This document shows positions 26,455 through 39,955 of a DNA stretch of 64,000 nt, in pieces (the stretch's first letter is position 1; each line of letters begins with the position of its first letter). The position numbers and the translations under genes are program-made. This DNA is from Octopus vulgaris. Lineage: Eukaryota. The notes under the pieces were generated by a model that saw nothing but the letters and a program-made list of their open reading frames with translations, ran no database searches and had not been told where the DNA came from. The stretch covers positions 115,444,001 through 115,508,000 of the forward strand of contig OX597816.1 in NCBI GenBank assembly GCA_951406725.2, written 5' to 3'.

Positions 26455-27076
26455 ATAAGTAGAGAGACAGGTACATAGATTGACAGATATAGATAGATAG
26501 ATAGCTGACACATTCATTTCCATATATTCAACCACAGTCCTATGCATTGCTTTATTTTCTAACAAAATATGGAAATCTCAATAATTTTCTTCATTCTTTT
26601 TTTTTAAATGCTTCTTTTGTCTTTTATTTTCCTCGTTTCCTATCCATTTTACTTTTACCATTCATTTTCTTTATCATCATCATCATCATTATTATTATCA
26701 TCATGTTTTCTTTTGTACTTGTTTTTGTTTCTTTATTGAATTCTACGACCTTTTATTTTAACGTAAACAATTTTCTCATAACTTCCTTTTCTATTTCTTG
26801 CTTTCCAACGATAATGATTCCTCTAACGTCTAACTTTGCTGTCAGCCATATTTTTGGAAATTGTATCTTCATTGTAAATTGTTCACGTCGAAACACAAAA
26901 GTGTTAAATCATGCCAGAAGTCTTGTTTATTTTTCATACCTATGAAAATATCAAAATCATAAAGCTATAAATGAGAGAAAGTGAGAGAGAGAGAGAGAAA
27001 GAGAGAGAGAGAAAGAACAATTACATTTCTGTAGAATGGTAAACAAAATTTGGCATTAATTAGTACTTCAGTGTGT

Positions 27077-27212
27077 GAGACTACTGCTGCTGTTGCTACC
27101 ACTACTAATACCATCACCACCACCACCATTAATACTAAAAATGGTGCTGCTGCTACCACTACTGCTGTTGTGTCTGTTACTACTGCTATTACTATCACTA
27201 CCACCACTCCCG

Positions 27213-27270
<58 letters not shown>

Positions 27271-27282
27271 CATCACCACCAT

Positions 27283-27314
<32 letters not shown>

Positions 27315-27420
27315 TTACCACCACCACCACCACCACACCTCCACCACCATCACCACTACTACTGCTGCTGCTGCTGCTACTACTACTACTACCACCACCA
27401 CCATCACTACTACTACTACT
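27077..27420. repeat. Compound (ACT/ACC/GCT)n trinucleotide microsatellite
   Basis: Directly visible. It generates the poly-T, poly-V and poly-L ORFs. Confidence 0.95.
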
Positions 27421-28053
27421 AAATTGTTTTCTACATCTGTAAATTCTTGGTTTGCTTTCTGGTTCTGTAATTTACTAAATGACATCATCGTCACCATCAT
27501 GCCCATTGCACTCATTATCCTCTTTATTGTCTTTTTTCTTTCTACTTGAGCCAAGTTTCTTAACTCTGTTTCTATTTATAATGATTATACAAGGTGTAGG
27601 AAATGTATGCATACATTAGTCAAATACCACCCCTTATTTGAACAGTTTGTATTGGTTAATACTCAAGAAGTATTTAAAAGAAGAAAAACAACAAAAGAAA
27701 ACAATAGTTGAGAGCATAGCATAAGTCAGGTGAAGAATTCCAGGGAGAGGAAAGTTGGTCAATCTTGATGCTGCAAGCTTGTTGTTGTTGTTGTGGTTGT
27801 TGTTGTTCAACTGGTCAGGCTTCATTGAGCAGAGATATGGTTTAAAGAATTCCTGCTATGACCATCTTCCTTTCGTTCATATACACACTTTATGTAGAAC
27901 TACCTTATACACCATGTCCATCTTTTATTAACATGGTAGGAAGTGATTTAAGGAAGATCTAACTGCTATCACTAACTAGTTGAGCAGCCAGCCATTTAGA
28001 GGATGCACTTATATGAATAAGAAGCAATAGGAATGTTTGGAATAAAAAAAAAA

Positions 28054-28210
28054 GGAGTGGCTGGGTGGTAAGTAGCTTGCTTACCAACCACATGGTTCCA
28101 GGTTCAATCCCACTGCATGGCACCTTGGGCAAGTGTCTTCTACTATAGCCTCGGGCCGACTAAAGCCTTGTGAGTGGATTTGGTAGATGGAAACTGAAAG
28201 AAGCCCGTCG

Positions 28211-28241
<31 letters not shown>

Positions 28242-28463
28242 GTGTGTGTGTGTTTGTGTGTCTGTGTTTGTCCCCCAACATCGCTTGACAACCAATGCTG
28301 GTGTATTTACGTCCCCGTAACTTAGTGGTTCAGCAAAAGAGACTGATAGAATAAGTACTAGGCTTCCAAAGAATATGTCCTAGGGTCGATTTGCTCATCT
28401 AAAGGTGGTGCTCCATCATGGCCGCAGTCAAATGACTGAAACAAGTAAAAGAGTAAAGAGTAA
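28054..28463 (+). mobile_element. Full-length tRNA-derived CORE-like SINE (family B) with internal TA/TG microsatellite
   Basis: A-box-like GGAGTGGCTGGGTGGTAAG, B-box GGTTCAATCCC, CORE-like GGCACCTTGGGCAAGTGTCTT, tail gactgaaacaagtaaaagagta. Confidence 0.9.
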
Positions 28464-31400
28464 ATAGGCAGGCATAAGAGAGTGGTCTTTAGTGGTGATG
28501 GAAATACTTTCATTCTTAGTTTCAGAAGGATTTACAATTATTGTTATCACTGTTCCTTTCTTTTTCTCTTCACATTTTATCAATTGTTTATCACTGGCTC
28601 TGGTGTACGTCTTCAGGAATACCAAGACATTCAAAAGGATTTGCAAATGTTACTTTTGCGCTTAATTTGGTCTCAGCCACTTTACTATTATTTTACATAT
28701 TATTGAGAGATTATGCTCATTAAGTAACTTATCTATATTCTTCAGTCTGGAAGCCTCTAATGATATTTCAAGTAGGTGTTTTAGTCAAAAGATTCTTGTT
28801 ATAAATAGATTTATTTAGGTTTCTATTTGCTACATCGGTAATTTCTTAAAAGCAAGTCAATCTTCTTGCAAAAGTTATTTTTCTTTTATTTCTTCACATA
28901 TTTTGATAAGATTCCTTCCTAATGTAAATTCTAGAATGCTTCAGATATGTTTAATGGACTCTTGAGGGGCCAGTGCTTAGCTCTATTTTAAGATCACTAG
29001 CCCTTTTGATGCCAGCCTATTGCAACTTGCCTCTGTTTTTTTTTCTACACAAACCCTTTTATTTTAAAATGTTTTTGTTTCTGTTAAGGTTCCATAATAA
29101 TTCTATATAAAGAATATCTTTGCTAACATATGTTCCAAATGCTGTATGACTATAGAAAGCCTTAATCATTTTAATAAATCCCACCAAATTTTGATTACTT
29201 CCAAAATTAATTGCAGAATGTTGACAATCAGTCTATTTCTTAAATTAATAAGTAAGACATCAGTATATTGCAGGTAATACTTCTTGATGACCTTGTACAC
29301 ATATACACTGGCTGGATTTCTAATATATGACAAAACATCTGGAATAGGTTTAACCTCAAGAGCTTTAAGCCCTGTATTTCAATTCTACACTTTCTTGCTT
29401 GTTTTGTTTTATTCGTATCTAATATTACAGCAATATCTTTTATTTGGCAGAATTTGTTTGCTGCTTTTCCTCCACTTAACATTGACAATACTTCTTTTCA
29501 GTGTTAAGGGTTCTCTCTGAAACAATATCTTCTCAAATTTTTTACAATAGGACAAATTTATATAATTTAATCTCAACTGAAGCACAATTTTTTGAATGAA
29601 CTAATTACATTTATGATTAACATGCATATTTATCCTCTTGCATTTTATCCATTGGACCTGTTCAAAATTATTTTTGTTTATATTCGTCAAGCTTCCCAGT
29701 GTCCAAAACTGAACATCCTTCAGTCGTTTTCTCAGTTATTTCCCCATAGAGTTAACTCAAAACACGTTTTGTATTACTGTTAGTCAAAATATTATAGATT
29801 GGAATAAAAATTATTCGTCAAAATAAATACATTATGGTAGTTATTTCAGTATCTTGTATTTACTGGTAAAAAATATTTCACCACATATTCTTTTGTCATT
29901 CCCACACTCTCAGATAGATTAAATAAAACAGTTATTATTTTTGTTTAGCTACAGTTCAGTCCTGACTATGTTGGCCAAAAGATTTTTTCAAGAGAGGGTA
30001 GATTATATTTAGAGGAAGTAACATAGTTAAGTACTTAAATTCTAGATGTTGTTGTGTAACTCAAACAAATCTATGGTATGTAGGTAGTTAGACAAGCAAT
30101 TATGGGCAGACTTGTTATTCCAGATATACTCTATCTGAGAGCCATTCTGATGTACAGTTGCAAATTACATGAGATGCAGCGTGACAGTTTGAATATGTTG
30201 TGTTCTGTCCACTGTCCTGTCTCTTTTTCTATACCTGTCTGTTATAATTTAGCCCCAGGCCAGCAATGATCCTACAGACTTATAAACCAAAGTATTCCAT
30301 TAATGACTGTGTCTCATCTTTTATTCAAGCAATGTATCTGAGACTAGATTATTCTCCAGATATGTCTTAAATTTGTTAAAAATAGAAAGTGATGGGAAGG
30401 AGATTTGGCTTCTTTTAAAAGCTAAATCTCCTTCAAATGATAATAAATGCCTCATTGATTTCTGAGTCTATAAATTCTAGTAATAACTGTACCACATCAT
30501 TTACTATTGGTAGACTAGTGGTTATTTTCTGGTGTTGAATCTGTGACGCTCATGTACGTTGAGTAATTTCATTAATTCCATCTACCAGCACCTTTCAGCT
30601 TGAGAAAGATGGTCTCTGCCTAACTTACTTACTCTTCAAAAAGCAGGAGATAAAAACCTTGGGAGATACACAATATGAATTACAAAGCATTTTTATTCAA
30701 ATATAAATTGTAGAAAATATATGCCTTTCCTCATTCAAGTGTATCAGGAGCATAAGCGTAGTTCACTGGAAGCTTATCTCCTACCAATTCAACACAGTTC
30801 ATCACCACAGAATATCTTCATATATGAAAAAAGAAATATAAAGAAAAAAAACGCAAAAAACATAGCACTTCTCTAACAGAAATCAAGAATCTCAATGATA
30901 TAAGGTTGGGAGGGAAGTAAAGGAAATGAAAACATTGAGCAACAGAGAGATATATTGGACTGAAAACATATCTGATCTGTATATGACAGTAGATTTTTTT
31001 ACTGCTCTACTAATAAACAGAGGTGGGAAGGTTTACAATATTGATTCTTAAGACAATATGGTAGTCGAGGAAGACCAGACAGAACAAAGGAAAAAATAGA
31101 GAAAAAGAAAGAAAATAAAAACAGTGATGGAGTGGTTAACTTTTGCAAATATTTAATACACATTACAAATTACTGGAATCCTGAATTTATTAACCCAGGC
31201 TTCTTTACATTTCCAACTTACATTTTTACTTTCTCTTCCCTTTCCTCCTCTTCATCTTCTCTTTCCACTTCTTACAATTTCCATCCCATCTTCTTCTCCT
31301 TAATGTTCTTTATCCTCTTTTTGTTCTCCAGCCTTGTAATTCCTCTTCAACATCATTGTGTAGCCAGTGTGAAGATGTGTATGTTTGTATGTCAGTGATG

Positions 31401-32135
31401 GTGCTTGCGTATAAATGTCTTAAGATGTGACTGTTTTCGTACACTTATATGTGTGTGAGTATACTTGTTATTTGTGTGTGTGTGTATGTAAATAGATTGG
31501 TAAATAGATTAATATATATGCAGATAGATGGCCATACAATACAAATAATAATAAAATACATATAATACATACATGCATGCAAGCATACATACATACATAC
31601 ATACATACATACATTGGTGTATGAATGTATTCTTCTCTTTATATATCCTTATGCAAGTATGTATAAATATTTGCATATTTTCAAGTTTAATTCAGACAGA
31701 ATTTTCCTAGAAAACAGAATCCTTTCCCCCATTCCTATATATCTGTTTGTATCTCAATTTTGCCAGAGGTCTCATATTTTGGCATTGGTTCTCTGACTTG
31801 ACATCATCTATTCCAGGAAATTTCCACTTGGCTCACTTCATCTTCAGTTACCATCAGTTGGTGATGTTTGACAATTTGCTTATCATTCATTATTGAGTGA
31901 GTTTATTGTTGGTGCTTCCTTGCTTGCTCATAACCAACTCTTTGTATCGTATTAGAAACAAGTAAAGATATACACTTCTCCTCTTACAAGGTATCAGATT
32001 TTGTGGCCTAACATTCTAGAGATCTTCAAGACACTGGTTTACTTCAATAGTACACATGCATACACACACACAAACAAACATGCATGTGTGTGTGTGTATG
32101 TATGGTTATATATATTATATATATATATATATATA

Positions 32136-32365
32136 GGCGGAGAGCTGGTAGAAACGTTAGCGCGCCGGGCGAAATGCTTAACAGTATTTCATCTGTCGCT
32201 ACGTTCTGAGTTCAAATTCCGCCAAGGTCAACTTTGCCTTTCATCCTTTCGGGGTCGATAAATAAAGTACCAGTTTCGCACTGGGGTCAGTGTAATCGAC
32301 TTAATCCCTTTGTCTGTCCTTGTTTGTCTCCTCTATGTTTAGTCCCTTGCGGGTAGTAAAGAAAT
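32136..32365 (+). mobile_element. SINE family A, type-1 tail
   Basis: ggcggagagctggtagaaacgttagc...gagttcaaattcc...gcctttcatcctttcggggtcgataaa...gggtagtaaagaaa, inserted in (TA)n. Confidence 0.9.
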
Positions 32366-33443
32366 ATATATATATATATATTTATATATCATTGCACTGA
32401 TCAGGCTATTGAATGTTGTTGCATACTGCTGGTCACAGTGTGCTTCCTCAAACTGTTGTAGCTTTCATATGATGCCAACCTGTTGGCTAGGTGACCAGGC
32501 CAATATGCATATACATACAGGGTGCAGCAGTATTTGTTTTTTGTTTTTTTTAGTATATCACTTTCAAGCACTCTAAGTTTCTTCTAAGTTATTGTTTTTT
32601 ACTTTACTTTTCAGATGAATTATGTCAGGCATCTGGTTAACTCAGAAAATGAAAAGGCTGTCAGTAATTGTTATCTTCAAAGTGCAGCATACAGAGATAG
32701 TTCACTTCTGGAAAACTGCCCGATCCTTAGTTGTCAAAGTTCAAAAGGAGTTATTTGAACATCATCATCATCATTTCATTGATGACAAGTGTTGTTATTA
32801 TCATTGTCATCAACATAATCATTATCACCACGATCATCATTGTTAATAGCTTAAAGTGATTTTGTTTTCCTATGCCGGCTTATGTTGAAGTGGCCTACTA
32901 CCCTCACCATATCACCAACAGGAATTGGTTTCTCTTCTACCGTGCTACAGTAACTGACCTAAGATCTGATCCAATCACTGATCTAAGACCTGGTCCCATC
33001 ACTTTCGCCATCTCACATCTTCCAACTTCCTCTTCTATAGCTATCTTTAACTGACAGTCTCCTTGTAAATCCTTTAAAACCAGTAAGCATTATTTGGTTG
33101 TCTCATATATCCACAAGAGTGCAGTCATCCTTCATGTCTTTCCCCTCAGCTTTCCATACTTGTTAACTTTGTAATTAAATTCATAACTAACCTGTTGTTA
33201 CTTATTAAACAGGGACACATTCCAGTAAGTACTGAAGTTTTGAACTTTCTGATAATTACAACTTTTGTTAGCAACCTATTCAACTCCTACTTGTGTACTG
33301 AATCCTTCAATAAATTTGCTGACAGTCTTCATCTATTTATGCCCTCATTCAACACTTTGAAACACTCTTATAGGCCAGTCATCTACATCTTGTTGCCACA
33401 CATTGACAGCAACAAACTTTCTTCTAATGATAGCTGATCTCTC

Positions 33444-33607
33444 CAGTAGTGTTGCTAGAGGTGGGGCAGTTCACCCCAGGAAACACTGTTGTGGGGGTGA
33501 CACCTTTTCATCTACTGTATTATCCTGTATAGGCTTATTGACCCAGAGACTGGCATGGGCAAACTCAAAGGCTGCCCTTGGTTGCAAAAATTCTTGCTAT
33601 GACACTG
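33444..33607. mobile_element. Old hAT-like MITE, degenerate
   Basis: Imperfect TIRs cagtagtgttgctag / cttgctatgacactg. No clear TSD. Confidence 0.35.
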
Positions 33608-33865
33608 GCCCTCGTGAAGAGCTATTGTACTAGATCTGTGATGGGTTTCCTTCAAACTACCTGTAGCTGGAGAAGGGGCACTTTTCCTGCCTCATTTGAC
33701 CAGTTGTTTATGCAGGAGCATTTCTTTTCCTTCAATAAATTCAAGCACTGTCTGCTTCGTATTAGCCATTCTGATGGCTCAGCTGATGAGACAAGAGTGA
33801 TTATACATAGATTGCTTCATCTGTTAGAAGTAGTAGCAAAATATTGCAAAGATTACCCCTTACAT

Positions 33866-34139
33866 CAGTGGTTCCCAAACGTTTTGGGCTGCCACCCCCT
33901 TGACACCCAGGCCACATTCCTAGCGCCCCCACCCCAACTAACCATCACAAACATAGACCTCTTTCTGAAGCAAATTCAAAGCAATTGTATTTCACAAATA
34001 AGACTTAACCTAATGAACCCCTTATTTTGCTGTTTTTACATGAATCGCTACCCCATTATTGCCCCACTTTTCTTCAACACCCCTTTGGGACTTTCTACCA
34101 CCCCCAGAGGGGCAATACCGCCCACTTTGGGAACCACTG
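33866..34139. mobile_element. hAT (Charlie/MER5-like) MITE
   Basis: 14-bp TIRs CAGTGGTTCCCAAA / TTTGGGAACCACTG. Perfect 8-bp TSD CCTTACAT at 33858-33865 and 34140-34147. Confidence 0.95.
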
Positions 34140-34839
34140 CCTTACATTCTTGATAGGAGTAGAAGGAATAGGAGAAAGCAAGTAGAAAGAAATTATATTT
34201 AAAATGTTTCAAGAAAAGCAAAACAACATGAAGATAAGAAGCATGAAGCTTTCTGAATCTCTCTATATATGAATTTCTCTTTATATGAATTTGGGTATTA
34301 TTGTGCTTACTTTTGCTGTTGTTTTTATTTAATATCAGGTCAACTTTCATGAAGCCAGTCTATAACCAATAAGACACTACTGACCAAGAGTATCCAATAT
34401 TTTATTTACACAATATACCCTTTCTAAAATAATAGCAGTCTATCATATGAATAAAATTTGGCTGTTATTTTTAGCAGAACAAATAACCAATTAGATACTT
34501 CATCAGTGGCTCATATGAAATGGGATAATAGAGGGAAATACATATTTGAAACAACACTTGAGTAGTTGGCATTATGAAGAGACATAAAAGTACTTCTCAG
34601 GTTATTGAAGCTCATGTTTATCTCCAGGTCAGCTTTGAATGAGCAAACCAACCTCTCAATTTTTTAGCATTGCATAGTATATTAGATTACTTTACCTAAT
34701 GTGCCTCTTTCCTATCCAGACAGTATGGTGTAAGTTGAGACAGATTTTGTTGCCATTTTTAGCAAACTGAGTGACTGCATAGAAGTAATATAGTTGGTTC
34801 ATTTTGTGAATAATTGTTCTATGCTATAAGTTGCTATGA

Positions 34840-35222
34840 GTCACAATATGTATGGTAAGAAACTTGCTTCCCAACTACATGGTTCTGGGTTCAGTCTCAC
34901 TGTATTGCACCTTGGACAAGTGTTTTCTGTTATAGCCTTGGGTTGACCAAATCCTTGTGAGTAGATTTGGCAGGCAGAAACTGAAAGAAGCCTGTCATAT
35001 ATATATAAGTCTATGTGTTCATATCTTTGTATTTGTGTTTGTTCCACACGACTGCTTGACAACTGGTGATGGTGTGTTTATGTTCTTGTGACCAATAGAA
35101 TAAGTACCAGGTTTAGCAAAAAAGAAAATTTTAAAATTAGTACTGGGGTCAATTCATTCGATTAAGAATTCTTCAAGACAAAACCCCATGACTGAAACAA
35201 GTAAAAGATAAAAGATAAAAGA
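34840..35222 (+). mobile_element. SINE family B, decayed
   Basis: tggtaagaaacttgcttcccaactacatggttctgggttcagtc...caccttggacaag...gactgaaacaagtaaaag. Confidence 0.85.
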
Positions 35223-35261
35223 TTCATAAATATATGTATATATATATATATATCTTTCTTT

Positions 35262-35597
35262 TGACCCCCTTCGGTCATGAATGACAATGGGATTGCACCT
35301 AGAAAGTTACCCTCCTAGGCATGAGTCCGGGCAAGGTTGCTTATGGAAGACTAGCATTCGCCCATGCATACCAGCCTCCCCTCTCCATGCCACCGATGTT
35401 ATCCAAGGGAAAGGCAAATGCCAATACAGCTTGGCATCAGTGATGTCACAACTCATTTCTATAGCTGAGTGAACTGGAGCAATGTGAAAAAATATGGTGT
35501 CTTGCTCAAGAACACAATGCACAGCCCAGTCTGGGATTTGAGCTCACAACCTCACGGTCGTAAGATTGACATTCTAACAACTGAGCCATGCACCTTC
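35262..35597 (-). mobile_element. tRNA-derived SINE family C (V-SINE-like core)
   Basis: Reverse complement of 41108-41428: gcatggctcagttgttag...gtgttcttgagcaagacac...ctccagttcactcagct. Confidence 0.8.
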
Positions 35598-35615
35598 ACA
35601 CACACACACACATAC

Positions 35616-35653
<38 letters not shown>

Positions 35654-35845
35654 GATCAAAATAAAATAAAAACATGATGCGAAGGATTCAGCGGTACATA
35701 TGTTTCGGGCCTTTATTTGACAGATTTATAACAATGCATAATGTATGTCTGTGGCCTTCTACACAGGTGCTTATAATTATCAAGTACTCACCCCGAATTT
35801 CTATATATATATATATATATATATATGTATACATACATATGTATA

Positions 35846-35900
<55 letters not shown>

Positions 35901-36825
35901 CAAGAGGTAAATACCAAAAGACGAATAATCTAAGCCACTACACTTTCATGAGTTCAACATGTGAGCATTATCTTGATGTGCTTTATAGAATGTTGGTAAA
36001 TTATTTAAGGTTGAATACATTTATGGCTTTGGCAAGGAAATCTAAGTCATTGTAGTGCAGTCTATGTTATATTATAGATGTTTGGTTGGCATGAAAAATC
36101 CCAAGAGACTATGAAAACTAGTGATTGCATATGTAATGTTATATTTAGCTGTGAGTTGTTCATCAAAAGAAATGTTATAATGTTGGCGCTGTTGAGTGAG
36201 ACTAGGTTAGAATGACCCACAAATTTAGGATATTTAAAGAATTTTTTGTTTTTTATTTTTGTGGTCTCTTTGCACACAGGCTGTGCATGTCAGTTGAGAA
36301 AGCTAAAGATGCTTCTAAATGTTAGGTGAAGGCTCCACAGAAAGATGAATGTGATTTCATCACATTGGAAATATCTGTATCAATAAATCATCATCATTGT
36401 CATTATCTTCCTCCTCAAACCTTTCCTCTTCTACCTCATCCTCTTCTACCTCTTTCTCTTCTTCCTCCTCCCATCTCTCTCATCCTTCCTCTATCCCTCC
36501 TTCTCCTCTTCCTCCTTCTCTTTTTCATCTTCCTTTTCCTCCTTCTCCCCTCTTTCTCATCTTTCCCCTCTCCCTCTTTCTTCTCTCCTATTTCCCTCTC
36601 CTTCCCCACCCCCACCATCATTTTTACAGCCAGTAAAACTACAGAATCTAACAGATGAGCAAACCACATCTTGCTCCCACATATCACTTTCTGTATCCTT
36701 TCTGTCTCTGGATGGTCTACCTAACACCACCACCTAGCAATGAAAGCTCATTCCAACCACAAAATACTATATGCTTTTTCTAGTGACCAACTGCTGCTGA
36801 TCTTGCAACAGGAGAAACAAGTAGT

Positions 36826-36870
36826 CACATGCTGATGATGGGTTACTATTCAGAAACCTGGGTCAGTGTG
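36826..36870 (+). ncRNA. Minimal type-I hammerhead ribozyme motif
   Basis: CACAUG-CUGAUGA-UGGGU(uacu)AUUCA-GAAA-CCUGGG-UC-AGUGUG. GUC site. Helix III ACCUGGGU is consistent with a CpG-decayed ACCCGGGU palindrome. Innermost helix-I pair is mismatched. Confidence 0.75.
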
Positions 36871-37123
36871 TATTATGTAAAGCTTGAGATGGGAATGATG
36901 ATTTCCCTTCACAAATATTAATCGGACACAGACAGTGTGTTGTTAGCCAGCTGGAGGAGATATCTTCCTAGGGTTATAAACATTAGCATCGTCTCCTATG
37001 GGTCCACCACACTTAGGTGGCAAATATACTTCACGATTCTATGCTGCTACTATTTACATCTTGCTCAGAGATTTATTATTTATTATTGCTGAAAGAAGCC
37101 CATCATATACATACACACACACA

Positions 37124-37157
<34 letters not shown>

Positions 37158-37160
<3 letters not shown>

Positions 37161-39955
37161 AGGTAATCAGAGTATGTGACAGAATACTTAAGATTAGATT
37201 AGTGCTTCATCATAGTTTAGCAACCATTATATCAGCCTATGCTCCTCAGTCGGGGCTACCCGATGGACAGAAAGACCGATTCTATGACACTCTACTGCAG
37301 ACTACCTCGTTGACGAACGACAGAGACCTTATCTTTGTGGCTGGTGACTTCAATGGTCACGTTGGACGACATGCTGGGGGCTTCCATGGTGTACATGGAG
37401 GCTATGGCTATGGCTCCCGCAACGAGGAGGGAACCAGGCTGCTGGAGTTCTGCGATGCAAATAATCTTATGATTTGCAACACTAACTTCAGGAAACCTAC
37501 CAGCCACCTAGTCACTTACCAATCGGGCCAACATACCAGCCAAATTGACTACATCCTTACAAGGCAAAGGGAGAGATGGCTGCTTATAAATGCCAAAACC
37601 TTCCCAGGTGAAGAATGTACCCCACAACATAGACTGGTAGTTAGTGACTTTAGGATCAGGACTAGGAGGACAACCAGAAGACGACAAATATGGAGAAGAA
37701 GGATCTGGAAGCTTAAAGATCCTGCAAATGGACAGAGATTTAGGGACATATTACTTGAAGCCTCTGACGAAGTAGAAGGGGATAGAGCATCACAGGGGGT
37801 AGAAGACAGCTGGACGTTTCTAAGGGACAACCTGCTGAGAGCCACTGACCAGATCTGTGGCTGGTGCAAAGTCCCCTCTCGACCTAGAATAACGTGGTGG
37901 TGGAACAATATTGTAGACAGGGCTATTAGAGAAAAGAGACAGGCTTGGAAGGTCTGGAAAAATGGGGGTAGCAGGGGATTGTATCAGACTGCCAAAAGAG
38001 AAGCTAGGAGACAGGTTTATTTAGCCAGAGGGGAAGCAGATAAGAAAAAATTTGCCAATGTTCTGCGCCATGAGGACCAAAGACTGGAGGTGTTTCGTGT
38101 TGCAAGACAGTGTGTGAGAGAGAATCGTGATGTGGTAGGAGAGAAGTGTGTTCGCATGGAAGATGGTTCACTTGCGCTAAATGAGGATGCAAAGAGAGAG
38201 GTTTGGAGATGCCACTATGAAAGGTTGCTGAATGAAGAAAATGAATGGGATAAAGAGAGTCTGCCGAATGTTGACCCAACAGAGGGACCAGCTATCCGAG
38301 TTGATAGTTCCGTGGTAGCTAAGGCAATTAGAAGCATGAAGACAGGGAAAGCCCCAGGCCCATCAGGAATCACTGCAGAGATGCTCAAAATGTCTGGTAG
38401 TGTCGGCTATAGCCTAGTCACCCGTATAGTTAATCAGGTGATACACAAAGGGGTCATACCCAATGACTGGTGTAGCAGTATAATAGTCAACTGCTACAAA
38501 GGTAAAGGTGATGCCCTAGATACAAATAACTACAGAGGTATCAAGCTGTTGGACCAGGTGATGAAGGTTACGGAGAGGGGCATAGCCCAACTAATTAGAG
38601 AGAGAGTTAGTTTAGATGAGATGCAGTTTGGGTTTGTGCCAGGGAAAAGTACTACTGATGCTATATTCCTGGTAAGGCAGCTGCAGGAGAAATACCTAGC
38701 CAAAGATAAGCCCCTGTACCTGGCTTTTGTTGACATGGAGAAAGCCTTCGACAGGGTCCCCCGATCCCTTATCTGGTGGGCAATGAGGAAACTAGGGATA
38801 GATGAATGGTTAGTGAGAGCTGTGCGGGCCATGTACAGGGACGCCGCTAGTAGGGTGAGGGTTGGAAATGTGTACAGTGAAGAATTCCGGGTAGAGGTAG
38901 GAGTCCACCAAGGCTCAGTACTCAGCCCCCTCCTATTTATCATAGTCCTCCAGGCAATAACGGAGGAATTCAAGACAGGATGCCCTTGGGAGCTCCTCTA
39001 TGCTGATGACCTTGCTCTAATTGCTGAGTCGCTATCAGAACTGGAGGAGAAGTTTCAGGTGTGGAAACAAGGATTAGAATCGAAGGGCCTCAGAGTCAAT
39101 CTAGCTAAAACCAAAGTCGTAATCAGTAGGAAGGTAGACAAATCACAAACACCTTCAGGTAGATGGCCCTGCTCGATCTGTAGAAAAGGTGTAGGTAGAA
39201 ACTCTATAAGATGCACCAAGTGTAAGCTATGGACACATAAGAGATGCAGCAATGTCAAAGGAAGGCTAACTAGGAAGATGGTTTTTGTATGTGGCAGATG
39301 CTCAGGAACAATAAACACTGAAAATGCTCTGAGACCAACTTCCGTCACTTTCCAGGGAGAAAAACTAGAAATAGTTGATAGTTTCCGTTACCTAGGTGAC
39401 CAAGTCAGCAGCGGGGGCGGGTGTGCTGAAAGTGTAACTGCTAGAGTAAGAATAGCTTGGGCAAAGTTCAGAGAGCTCTTACCTCTGCTGGTGACAAAAG
39501 GCCTCTCGCACAGAGTGAAAGGCAGACTGTATGATGCGTGTGTACGAACAGCCATGCTACATGGCAGTGAAACATGGGCCGTGACTGCTGAGGATATGCG
39601 TAAGCTCGCTAGAAATGAAGCCAGTATGCTCCGATGGATGTGTAATGCCGGTACTCACACTCGGCAGAGTGTAAGTACCTTGAGAGAAAAGCTGGACCTA
39701 AGAAGCATCAGTTGTGGTGTGCAAGAGAGACGTTTGCGCTGGTATGGTCATGTGGCGAGAATGGATGAAGATAGTTGTGTGAAAAAGTGCCACACCCTAG
39801 CGGTTGAGGGAACCTGTGGAAGAGGCAGACCCAGGAAAACCTGGGACGAGGTGGTGAAGCACGACCTTCGAACTTTAGGTCTCACTGAGGAAATGACTAG
39901 AGACCGAGACCTCCTGAAGTGTGCTGTGCACGAGAAGACCCGGCAGGACAAGTGA
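37158..39955 (+). CDS. RTE ORF: partial AP endonuclease + reverse transcriptase + embedded PHD finger (N-terminus missing)
   Basis: APE motifs SAYAPQ, AGDFNGH, QIDYIL, TPQHRLV. RT motifs YRGIKLL, QFGF, FVDMEKAFD, QGSVLSP, YADD (38999-39010), FRYLG. C-terminal RLRWYGHV and RGRPRKTW are typical of RTE. No stops over ~930 codons. Confidence 0.95.

Noticed and set aside
26965-27554. Mucin-like poly-Thr, poly-Val or poly-Leu ORFs
   Set aside because: Trinucleotide microsatellite open in several frames with no splice support.
28054-28125. tRNA-like A/B boxes, also at 10381, 41108, 50411
   Set aside because: These are SINE heads followed by core and tail; they do not fold as complete tRNAs.
28480-29560. 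Possible ancient coding remnant on the minus strand
   Set aside because: Short protein-like stretches only, no diagnostic motif; cannot be assigned without a search.
33578-34153. 191-aa ORF
   Set aside because: Runs through a hAT MITE with intact TIRs and TSD; no recognisable domain.
36998-37157. N-terminal ~53 aa of the 985-aa ORF
   Set aside because: Host flank, SINE fragment and (TA)n read-through; the element starts at ~37158.
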